Notes: a model not told the origin generated them from the sequence alone. 64,000 bases of DNA from Bacteroidales bacterium (GCA_963662525.1 OY759717.1:1813670-1877669), one strand, 5' to 3'; shown: positions 1-7,052, counted from the stretch's first letter. Translations and numbers: made by a program.

Positions 1-1
1 G

Positions 2-250
2 AACCGTACCTTCAACCTTTTCATTTTCGATATCAACATCCCTTATCCCTGGAACGGGGTGATATTATTGCAGGAGATCCGCAAGCGCTGGGATGCATAC
101 CGTCATTTTCCGGTCATTGCCGAAACCGCCTATGCCCTTCCCAACGACCGGGAATACATCCTTTCCAACGGCTTCAACGCCTACCTCTCCAAGCCGCTCA
201 ATCGCGATGAAATGACCAACCTGGTGAAGGAATACCTTGGAAGGCGATAA
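2..250 (+). CDS. Response-regulator receiver (REC) domain protein, C-terminal part; the 5' end lies outside the window
   Basis: Frame 2 is open from the window edge. The translation FIFDINIPYPWNGVILLQEIRK...VIAETAYALPNDREYILSNGFNAYLSKPL carries the D..MP..G / T-A / K-P hallmarks of CheY-like receivers. It resembles the REC of 46899..47726. Confidence 0.8.
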   Translation, partial: NRTFNLFIFDINIPYPWNGVILLQEIRKRWDAYRHFPVIAETAYALPNDREYILSNGFNAYLSKPLNRDEMTNLVKEYLGRR

Positions 251-285
251 GCGATAGGCGCCTTGTCACCTTGTTACTTTGTTAC
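243..285. repeat. Composite short tandem repeat: GCGATAA/GCGATAG heptamers followed by TTGT(C/T)AC octamers
   Basis: Sequence ggcgataagcgataggcgcc-ttgtcaccttgttactttgttac. The same two repeat families recur in the same order at 1502..1594. The stop codon of 274..1446 lies inside the array. Confidence 0.85.
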
Positions 286-1446
286 GTCCTCAAGGTCTTG
301 TTCATTTCGGATAATCTTCCTTGTTTTGGCCGGGCAGGTGTTGAAGAGTTTTTCCTGGGCAGGGGAAAGCGGCTCATGATGGTATTTTACTTCAATGAGA
401 ATTTTATCCGTGAGGAAAAAGTCGATTTCGGTTTTATTTTCATATATATACGTGGGATCGTATTTTCTTAAACGCAGGTAAACATAATTTTCAAACAGGC
501 TGCCTTTATCCCTGAATCCGGTAAACAGGCAACGAATGCCGGTATCCGCCGCATAGATCTTTTTGGGAGAAAGAAGACGCTCATTTGTTTTTCCATGCCG
601 GCTTACCAGATGAATTAAAAAGGTATCTGCAAAGAGATCAAGATACCTGCGCGCGGTGTCGGGAGAAAGCTGAAGGATATTGGCAATTTTATTGATGCTG
701 AATTGTTTTCCCGCCCTCTCCATAAGGAGCATGAAAAACTCTTTGAGGATACGCATATCTCTCACCTGCTGTATGGCCGCTATATCCTTGTAAAGGATAT
801 CATCAACCAGTTCGCGTAAATAATCAGCATTTCCTGAAAGCACATAGGCGGGAATTCCACCGGTTTTAAGAAAATCATCAAAATAGGGTTCCATTAAGCC
901 CTCATCCCCCGGTAAAATGGAAATCTTTTTAAAATCAAGGTATTCCCGGAAGGTCAACGGATTTACCTCAATATCGAAATGACGCCCGGTAAGGTATGCC
1001 TTCTGGCTTTTAAGCAAAGAAGCGCTTGATGCAGATGCAATAATCTTTACATTCCCCGCATCATGCAGGTTTTTTAACTGGATCTCATAATCTTCCTGAT
1101 GGGTAATCTCGTCAAGAAAAAGAAAAACAGATTCCTTAAATGATAACCTGTTGATTTTTCTGAATGACTCAATTACTTCTAGGATTGAATGTTTCTGAAG
1201 CTGATAATCATCCAGGCTGACGTATAATATATGGTTCCCGTCTGTAATAGCTTCACTGATCAGGCGGTGAATGGTCATTTTCATCAGGGTTGTTTTCCCA
1301 ATCCTTCTCAGACCGGTGATAAAAATGATTTGTTCGTTAGATAAGTACTGCCAGATCAATGTTTCAACCGATGGCCGTGGAATTCCGGGTAAGGGATCAA
1401 CGGCTCCTGTCCACCATGGATTATACCGATGCAGGATAGTATCCAT
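274..1446 (-). CDS. AAA+ ATPase of the AAA_14 / DUF4143 type (COG1373-like)
   Basis: 390-aa ORF. N-terminal HRYNPWW motif, Walker A GLRRIGKTT, Walker B LFLDEI, and a C-terminal DUF4143-like region. A CAAATATA box (reverse complement TATATTTG) at 1461..1468 lies 15 nt upstream of the start. Confidence 0.8.
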   Translation of the reverse strand: MDTILHRYNPWWTGAVDPLPGIPRPSVETLIWQYLSNEQIIFITGLRRIGKTTLMKMTIHRLISEAITDGNHILYVSLDDYQLQKHSILEVIESFRKINRLSFKESVFLFLDEITHQEDYEIQLKNLHDAGNVKIIASASSASLLKSQKAYLTGRHFDIEVNPLTFREYLDFKKISILPGDEGLMEPYFDDFLKTGGIPAYVLSGNADYLRELVDDILYKDIAAIQQVRDMRILKEFFMLLMERAGKQFSINKIANILQLSPDTARRYLDLFADTFLIHLVSRHGKTNERLLSPKKIYAADTGIRCLFTGFRDKGSLFENYVYLRLRKYDPTYIYENKTEIDFFLTDKILIEVKYHHEPLSPAQEKLFNTCPAKTRKIIRNEQDLEDVTK

Positions 1447-1460
1447 TATGATTTTTCAGA

Positions 1461-1468
1461 CAAATATA
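1461..1468 (-). promoter_or_regulatory. Bacteroidota-type -7 promoter box (TATATTTG on the minus strand) for the AAA+ ATPase gene
   Basis: Exact match to TAnnTTTG, 15 nt upstream of the ATG at 1446. Confidence 0.55.
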
Positions 1469-1501
1469 CGATACAATCGTATAAAACGCAAGTAAGTTAT
1501 A

Positions 1502-1594
1502 CGATAGGCGCCTGCCGGTAGGCAGGATCTGCGATAAGCGATCTGCGATAGGCGATAGTAACTTTGTTACTTTGTCACTTTGTTACTCTGTCAC
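1502..1594. repeat. Composite short tandem repeat (GCGATAG-type heptamers, a CCTGCC-GGTA-GGCAGG hairpin, TTTGT(T/C)AC octamers)
   Basis: Sequence cgataggcgcc tgccggtaggcagg atct gcgataa gcgatct gcgatag gcgatag taac tttgttac tttgtcac tttgttac tctgtcac. It is a direct-orientation counterpart of 243..285. The stop codon of 1583..1831 lies inside the octamer array. Confidence 0.85.
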
Positions 1595-1831
1595 TTCTTC
1601 TTTCTCTTTCCTTGCATGGTAGAGTTTTTTAGCCCCATAGCCGGCTCCGAGGGCCAGGAGGATTCCCAGTCCGCCATCAATGGGAGCGCCGGCAGGACCC
1701 TGGTTGCCGGTTGAACCATGATCACCCGGCGGGGGCGGTGGGCCGGGAGGATCGGCATGCAAAGGTTGGGTAATAAAGATCGTGCAAACGATGAACGAGA
1801 GGATTGCCAGGGATTTGATTATATTTTTCAT
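1583..1831 (-). CDS. 82-aa secreted or anchored mini-protein: signal peptide, poly-Pro/Gly linker, PIDGG motif with a transmembrane helix and a basic tail (C-terminal sorting-signal-like)
   Basis: MKNIIK... signal peptide, PPGPPPPPG, then PIDGGLGILLALGAGYGAKKLYHARKEK. Paralog at 35114..35362 has an identical 14-aa core encoded with 8 synonymous differences. It starts 33 nt downstream of the giant gene 1865..5275. Confidence 0.75.
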   Translation of the reverse strand: MKNIIKSLAILSFIVCTIFITQPLHADPPGPPPPPGDHGSTGNQGPAGAPIDGGLGILLALGAGYGAKKLYHARKEKEEVTE

Positions 1832-1864
1832 AATGATAAGTGTTTTCAGGGTGATATGATATTA

Positions 1865-4800
1865 TTACTGCACGAATACTTTACCCGAATAGGCCTTCTG
1901 GTTGGTTATGACCTTCACTAGGTAATAGCCGGTAACAGCATCCAGACTGATTTTTGTTAGCGCTCCCTCGTTTAATTTCTGCTGCATCATCTGCTGTCCC
2001 ATGAGGTTGTAAACAAAAACATCGCCTTTAACAATGGTCCCGGTATTATTTGAAATATAAAGGGTGTTGCCGGCAGAATAGATGGTAACGTCATTATCCT
2101 TTTTCGGGTCATTAATCCCCAGTGTTCCGCCGAAATGAAGGTTAAAACGTCCGGGAGAATCATTTACGGAAGCAGCGAACGAATAGGACGGCTCGTTTTG
2201 CAAATTAATTGTTTTTGAAGCCTGGATATCTTCCAGTAAAATGGTAACCGTGGGGAAGAACGTATTTTCCTTCACGCTGATGGTATAATTTTCATCTTTA
2301 CCCACTTTTAACTCAAGCGGGACTACCACTTCGGAGTTGGAATACGGGAGCACATCAATTGAAAGTTCTTCGTCGGAAGCCCGGCAATAAAGCTGGGGCG
2401 CAGCGGCATCGCCATACATCTTGCGAACATCAAAACGACCATCATAAGCGGCTGTTGCTTCATTGTTGAAGTTCACCACGATACCATCCTTATATCCGTT
2501 TCCTTCAACATTAAGCAGAAGAACATCCTGAACTGATTCTGTGGATTTGTAATAAAATTGGGCGTTGTGAGTCCGGGCCGTATTTGGTATGGTAAGGGAA
2601 GCCGCTCCTTCGGCGCTTACCTTGACCCAGAATCCCTGCATGGCAGGAATGATTCCACCAGTCAAAGACCCGATGCTCCCATTCCATGTCAGATATTCGC
2701 CATTATAATACACCCAGATAGAGTTATCGACATTGGTTTTGGTCCAGGTATCTATGCTCCCGTTCAGGGCCGAGGGATAAGGATTTCCTAAGAGATTATA
2801 TCCGGAGCCCTTACCGGTTGTGTAGGATAAAGCAGGAACCGTTCCTGTCCCCGTGGGATAGTCGCCGCTGTTGAGTGTTCCGGCAAAGTCCTTGCTTGCT
2901 CCAGCCGCCCAGGATACAAGATAACCTTTTCCCGGCAGGTAAGAAGCATCGGGGAAGCTTCCACCATTGTCATTCAGCCAGAGGTTGTTTGTTTCATCCC
3001 AGGCATACATATCGGTATATCCGGCGAAAATACTTTGTGAAGAAACCGGCGCCGACATCAGATGCCAGGCCGGACCGGATATCATGCGCGTTATCGTAGC
3101 GCCTCCGCTAACCGTTCCGTTGGTGATCAGGGACCCGCCTTCGTTGATAACAAGGGCGGTATTGTCGCCGGAGTTGGTAAGGGTGCCGGTGACGGTAAGG
3201 GCTGCATCAGAATTAATTGTCAGGCTTCCTGTCGCATTGATGTTCACCGTACCGCCACTGATTGTTTTATTGGAAGTTATATTTACGGCGGAACCACTGT
3301 TAATAACAAGTCCGTTTACTCCCAATGACAAAGTTCCGGCACCACCAATTTCTGCAGTTGCCCCGGAAATAATCCATTGCCCATTAGAAGATTGAGACAT
3401 TGTACCAGTGCCAATAATTCCATTCCGGAATGTTTTAGTACCAGTGCCATTCCATGTGAATGATGAATTAGCCTCAATTTTTCCGTTGATGACTGTTGCA
3501 TTGCTACCTCCCGGTGAGCTAGTCAAAGCTGTTATTCTAAAGATTGGGATTGTATTTACGTCTACATTAGGAAAATAAGTTACTCCAGAGGAGGAAAATG
3601 TCGATGTTGATGTATATTCCAGAATCGAGCCAGTTCCATAGATAAAATTTGCCAAGTTGACACCTGTTCCGTTTCCTGTCATGCCTGTAGTAGAAACCCT
3701 TAAAATTCCATTTGTATTAATAGAACAAGTTGCACTGGAGCTATAAGATGGTGTTGTTGCTGCCAGATTAAATACTCCACCATCATTTATTATAATGTCA
3801 TCTCCGGCTCCATTGTTCACAGTCAGGGTCCCTCCGCTATGTGTTAGCACACCACCTGATTGAATAATAACCTGATCTACTGTAACATTTGCTGTTATAC
3901 TCACAGTATGATCATTTAGGATTGTAATAGAGTTCGCATTGTAGTCAGGAGTTAAAGTGGCATTAATCCAAGGATCATTTCCGTCGGGTGATGATTCCCA
4001 GGTTCCGGTCGAAGCCCAATTTCCAGTTGCTTTGCTTCTGAAATAATCTGTAGCTGATGAGCTGGTTGCAGGAGTTGCGTTTGCTGTAACCCCAGTACTC
4101 CAATTTGTCCCCTTACGGGTAAAAAACGTGTAATAATATTCCGTTCCATTTGTGAGACCTGTTACCGTTTGTGGGGATGTTGTTCCTTTGTAAACCACGT
4201 ATCCACCATCAAAACTAGTGCCCTGAGTGTAAATCAGATCAGCAGTATAAGCCAAGCCATCTCCACTGGGAGTAGCAGTTACAGCGCTACCAGCTTTTGC
4301 AACAATCATGATTTCATCAACGCATCCTGTAGGATTAGCCCACGAAAGAGAAGAAGATCCAGAGATAATACTAGCAGCCTGGCCAGAAACATTGTTTGCT
4401 CCATTAGCAATTTCAAAAACCGAACTGGAAGACCCTGTAATCACAGGAGAATCACAATCAATACGTATTTTGTAACCCGTACCAGATGAAGTGCCTGCCG
4501 GAATTGTAACATCTATGCTGCCGGACGGGTCTGTGCCAGAAACAGATGTTGTACCGATATTTGTTGGTGAGGAAAAATCACCGCTGGCATTGGAAAGATA
4601 TGCCGTAAAAGTTGCCGAAGAATATGTGCCAGTAGTTGTGTATGCTACTGTTCCTGCCGAAGTATTAGTTAAATCAATACAAAAAGGAGGAGAAGAGACT
4701 ATCCCTGTTGTTATAGCATTACCACCAGAAGTAGTTACAGTCCCAGTTAAATTCAGGGTATTATCATTAATTCTCCAAGTGCCGCTTGTGGCCTCAGCCG

Positions 4801-5275
4801 AATAACCGTACCATCTTATCTTTAAAGTTTGTCCTTCCACAACATCAATATCAAGCCCTGTTATATTTCCAGTTCTTTCTTCAGTATTATCAGGGACACT
4901 GACAGTTGCTATTGTATTCGAATTAGAAAAATTATCAATTGACCACCTTACCTGATAATTCCTGATTCCCGTACTAGATCTTCTTTCTCCAAAATTTACA
5001 GCAGAAATTTTAATTATATAACCAGAATTTGGTGTTACAGAAATTTCAAAATATTTCCCAGTATTAATTGCTCCTGTAGACCAATTATCTGCATATGCTC
5101 CGGATGCTCCAAATGTTAGAGTTCCAACCCCTATTGCTGTGAATGCTGTAGCTGTAATATTTTCATTAACCCCCGAGGGATTACCGTTGCTCGTTAATAC
5201 CCAATTAGCAATCTGTCCCCACCCCGTGAAATTCAATGAAAACAATAAAACCAAAAGTAAAAACCACTTTTTCAT
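1865..5275 (-). CDS. Giant secreted adhesin-like protein with a T9SS type-A C-terminal sorting domain (1136 aa)
   Basis: N-terminal signal peptide MKKWFLLLVLLFSLNFTGWGQ. Ser/Thr/Gly-rich Ig/FN3-like segments. C-terminus ...VTIYSAGNTLYISNN...VFVYNLMGQQMMQQKL...GYYLVKVITNQKAYSGKVFVQ is typical of the Por secretion tail. The C-terminal ~480 aa are paralogous to 7617..10907 and 35375..39367. Confidence 0.85.
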   Translation of the reverse strand: MKKWFLLLVLLFSLNFTGWGQIANWVLTSNGNPSGVNENITATAFTAIGVGTLTFGASGAYADNWSTGAINTGKYFEISVTPNSGYIIKISAVNFGERRSSTGIRNYQVRWSIDNFSNSNTIATVSVPDNTEERTGNITGLDIDVVEGQTLKIRWYGYSAEATSGTWRINDNTLNLTGTVTTSGGNAITTGIVSSPPFCIDLTNTSAGTVAYTTTGTYSSATFTAYLSNASGDFSSPTNIGTTSVSGTDPSGSIDVTIPAGTSSGTGYKIRIDCDSPVITGSSSSVFEIANGANNVSGQAASIISGSSSLSWANPTGCVDEIMIVAKAGSAVTATPSGDGLAYTADLIYTQGTSFDGGYVVYKGTTSPQTVTGLTNGTEYYYTFFTRKGTNWSTGVTANATPATSSSATDYFRSKATGNWASTGTWESSPDGNDPWINATLTPDYNANSITILNDHTVSITANVTVDQVIIQSGGVLTHSGGTLTVNNGAGDDIIINDGGVFNLAATTPSYSSSATCSINTNGILRVSTTGMTGNGTGVNLANFIYGTGSILEYTSTSTFSSSGVTYFPNVDVNTIPIFRITALTSSPGGSNATVINGKIEANSSFTWNGTGTKTFRNGIIGTGTMSQSSNGQWIISGATAEIGGAGTLSLGVNGLVINSGSAVNITSNKTISGGTVNINATGSLTINSDAALTVTGTLTNSGDNTALVINEGGSLITNGTVSGGATITRMISGPAWHLMSAPVSSQSIFAGYTDMYAWDETNNLWLNDNGGSFPDASYLPGKGYLVSWAAGASKDFAGTLNSGDYPTGTGTVPALSYTTGKGSGYNLLGNPYPSALNGSIDTWTKTNVDNSIWVYYNGEYLTWNGSIGSLTGGIIPAMQGFWVKVSAEGAASLTIPNTARTHNAQFYYKSTESVQDVLLLNVEGNGYKDGIVVNFNNEATAAYDGRFDVRKMYGDAAAPQLYCRASDEELSIDVLPYSNSEVVVPLELKVGKDENYTISVKENTFFPTVTILLEDIQASKTINLQNEPSYSFAASVNDSPGRFNLHFGGTLGINDPKKDNDVTIYSAGNTLYISNNTGTIVKGDVFVYNLMGQQMMQQKLNEGALTKISLDAVTGYYLVKVITNQKAYSGKVFVQ

Positions 5276-5370
5276 ATATAATATTTTAAAATGTGACGAG
5301 ATATAATTTCTGGAGCGATAAAAATAGGAAGATATTTTGAAATAACGTATTTATTATTTTTGCGTTTGTT

Positions 5371-5890
5371 ACCCACCCCCCGACCCTCCCGGGAAACCGG
5401 GACAAGCTCTCCCTACGAGTAGGGAGGGGGAGTGCCAGGTTCATCCTTAAGCTTTTTCCTGTTTTTAGGGAGGTGTTTTTTTCTGTTGCACTGGCTTTTT
5501 CCATTGGTATAATGTTGGTAAAAGTATGAGTAAATATTTTTTGATATGTTAATGGTGAGTTAAGTTTTTGGTACCCACCCCCCGGCCCTCCCGGGAAACC
5601 GGGACAAGCTCTCCCTACGAGTAGGGAGGGGGAGTGCCAGGTTCATCCCTAAGCTTTTTCCTGTTTTTAGGGAGGTGTTTTTTTCTGTTGCACTGGCTTT
5701 TTCCATTGGTATAATGTTGGTAAAAGTATGAGTAAATATTTTTTGATATGTTAATGGTGAGTTAAGTTTTTGGTACCCACCCCCCGGCCCCCTCCCTACG
5801 AGTAGGGAGGGGGAGTGCCAGGTTCATCCCTAAGCCCCTCCCTATTTATAGGGAGGGGTTTGGGTGGGCACCGAAGGCTTGGGGTGGGTA
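5371..5890 (+). repeat. 202-bp tandem direct repeat: two full units (5371..5572, 5573..5774) plus a diverged third copy that runs into the 3' end of DUF559 gene A
   Basis: Units 1 and 2 differ at only 2 of 202 positions. Each starts with the GC-rich box ACCCACCCCCCG(A/G)CCCTCCCGGGAAACCGGGACAAGCTCTCCCTACGAGTAGGGAGGGGG followed by ~130 bp of AT-rich sequence. Unit 3 (from 5775) lacks the CCGGGAAACCGGG hairpin and diverges after ...catccctaagc. Confidence 0.95.
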
Positions 5891-6245
5891 ACATCCCCCT
5901 GATCTTACCCAGCACCTTTTCCATCTCTCCGATCTCATCATTTTTAAACCGGATAATTTTTATCCCCAATGCCCTGATGTTTCCCTCCCGCCATTGATCA
6001 TAAGTTTTGGCATTATCATGATAAGAGCCGTCGACTTCAACAACAAGTTTTGCTTTCGGGCAATAGAAGTCAGGTACAAAAAAGTTCAGGTCGTTTCCCT
6101 GCCTGTCGTATAGCAGCGGATGCTGACGGAGAAATTTATAACCCTCCAGTTGCCGGTCTTTTAGTTTTGCCCACAATAACTTTTCATACCCGGTTTGCCG
6201 CCGCCGGAGTTTCCGGGATAGTCTTTTTATTTCGACGTATTTCAT
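5796..6245 (-). CDS. DUF559 (Vsr/PD-(D/E)XK-like) endonuclease-domain protein, copy A, with a repeat-encoded C-terminal extension
   Basis: Motifs LWAKLKDRQLEGYKFLRQHP...FFVPDFYCPKAKLVVEVDGSYH...IRFKNDEI are typical of DUF559. The last ~30 aa (PTPSLRCPPKPLPINREGLRDEPGTPPPYS) are read from the GC-rich hairpin repeat. Confidence 0.8.
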   Translation of the reverse strand: MKYVEIKRLSRKLRRRQTGYEKLLWAKLKDRQLEGYKFLRQHPLLYDRQGNDLNFFVPDFYCPKAKLVVEVDGSYHDNAKTYDQWREGNIRALGIKIIRFKNDEIGEMEKVLGKIRGMLPTPSLRCPPKPLPINREGLRDEPGTPPPYS

Positions 6246-6254
6246 TTTGTCCCA

Positions 6255-6304
6255 TTTTCTGCTTAATCCGGGAAAACGGAAAAGGTAATACGTTTGTTGA
6301 AAAG
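6255..6304. repeat. 50-bp dispersed box, copy 1 (TTTTCTGCTTAATCCGGGAAAACGGAAAAGGTAATACGTTTGTTGAAAAG)
   Basis: Near-identical copies at 6848..6902 and 7386..7439. It lies 10 nt upstream (minus-strand sense) of the start of DUF559 gene A. Confidence 0.9.
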
Positions 6305-6352
6305 TTTTTACCTCAGGTCTTTGTAGAATGGTTTTGCCGCGTACTTTGCTTT

Positions 6353-6757
6353 TCAGGCATTTTTCAGGTGGTTTTTGACTGCGTCGCTAATTTTTTTTGA
6401 TACTTTTCTTTCGTTTTTTAATATTTCTTCATTTCTGAAACGGATTACCGTTAATCCGAAATTTTCAAGTTCTGTGGTTCTGTTCAAGTCCTTTTCCTTT
6501 TGTTCTTCCGAATCATGAACAGAGCCGTCAACCTCGATAACCAGCCTGAGTTCATGACAATAAAAATCAACGATAAATTGACTGATTGGGTGTTGTCTGC
6601 GGAAAATAAATCTGTTCAATCTTTTTTTTCTCAATTCCTGCCATAGAATTTTTTCACATAAAGTTGTTCTGTTGCGCAACTCCCTTGCCCTTGCAATTAT
6701 TTCGGGGCTTGCTCCGAAAAAAAACGCCTTTTCAACCGATTTGCCTAAGTATGCCAT
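6353..6757 (-). CDS. DUF559 endonuclease-domain protein, copy B
   Basis: Motifs ILWQELRKKRLNRFIFRRQHPISQFIVDFYCHELRLVIEVDGSVHD...VIRFRNEEI. Paralog of 5796..6245. Confidence 0.8.
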   Translation of the reverse strand: MAYLGKSVEKAFFFGASPEIIARARELRNRTTLCEKILWQELRKKRLNRFIFRRQHPISQFIVDFYCHELRLVIEVDGSVHDSEEQKEKDLNRTTELENFGLTVIRFRNEEILKNERKVSKKISDAVKNHLKNA

Positions 6758-6780
6758 ATATCCTTTATTAGCACATCAAA

Positions 6781-6846
6781 CCTCCTCCCTCCCCCTTGGG
6801 GGAAGCCTGTCCCGGTTTTCCGGGAGGTCGGGGTGGGGTAATCCTC
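6781..6846 (-). repeat. GC-rich double-hairpin box, inverted relative to the copies at 5371, 5573 and 5775
   Basis: The reverse complement (attaccccaccccgacctcccggaaaaccgggacaggcttcccccaagggggagggagg) aligns with ACCCACCCCCCGACCCTCCCGGGAAACCGGGACAAGCTCTCCCTACGAGTAGGGAGGG. Both hairpins are retained: TCCCGG-TTTT-CCGGGA at 6810..6825 and TCCCCC-TT-GGGGGA at 6790..6803. Confidence 0.85.
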
Positions 6847-6847
6847 C

Positions 6848-6902
6848 TTTTTCTGCTTAATCCGGGAAAACGGAAAAGGTAATACGGTTGTTGAAAAAAA
6901 AG
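6848..6902. repeat. 50-bp dispersed box, copy 2
   Basis: tttttctgcttaatccgggaaaacggaaaaggtaatacggttgttgaaaaaaa. It directly abuts the inverted GC-rich box. Confidence 0.9.
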
Positions 6903-6908
6903 TGGCGA

Positions 6909-7052
6909 TCAGCGATAGGTGATAAACGAAACTCCTGACGTTTCAGGGAAATTCTCAATTTGAATAATAATTCGTTTTAGGCTCCTCAAGACGGTAGTAT
7001 CATGGACTTTGTTCAAGGATTTATCAAACGATTTATCAAACTCAACAATCAT
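6909..7052 (-). pseudogene. Truncated RelE/ParE-family toxin (47 codons, C-terminal half missing)
   Basis: Hand translation gives MIVEFDKSFDKSLNKVHDTTVLRSLKRIIIQIENFPETSGVSFITYR*. The ATG overlaps the upstream stop as ATGA. The N-terminal ~38 aa fit RelE/ParE toxins, which are usually 85-95 aa. The reading frame runs into the GATAGGTGAT/GCGATAG repeat and stops. It is below the 60-aa ORF-track cutoff. Confidence 0.6.

Noticed and set aside
2558-4805. Many 60-142-aa ORFs on both strands inside the giant gene 1865..5275 (e.g. 2967..3395, 4169..4489, 4491..4805). The same pattern occurs inside 7617..10907 and 35375..39367.
   Set aside because: They are fully nested in long, well-supported ORFs with signal peptides and Por tails. 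They have low-complexity translations (Pro/Val/Ser runs) typical of antisense frames of Ser/Thr/Gly-rich genes.
5286-5504. 72-aa minus-strand ORF inside the 202-bp repeat unit.
   Set aside because: It is encoded by the hairpin box and AT-rich filler of repeat unit 1, with no independent support. The equivalent frame in unit 2 is interrupted.
6050-6400. 116-aa plus-strand ORF, and the similar 68-aa ORF at 7363..7569, sharing the peptide (L/F)IRENGKGNT(F/V)VEK.
   Set aside because: The shared peptide is just the translation of the 50-bp dispersed box. The first ORF is antisense to DUF559-A and the second reads through the GGGAGAA tandem arrays. The composition is low-complexity with no start context.
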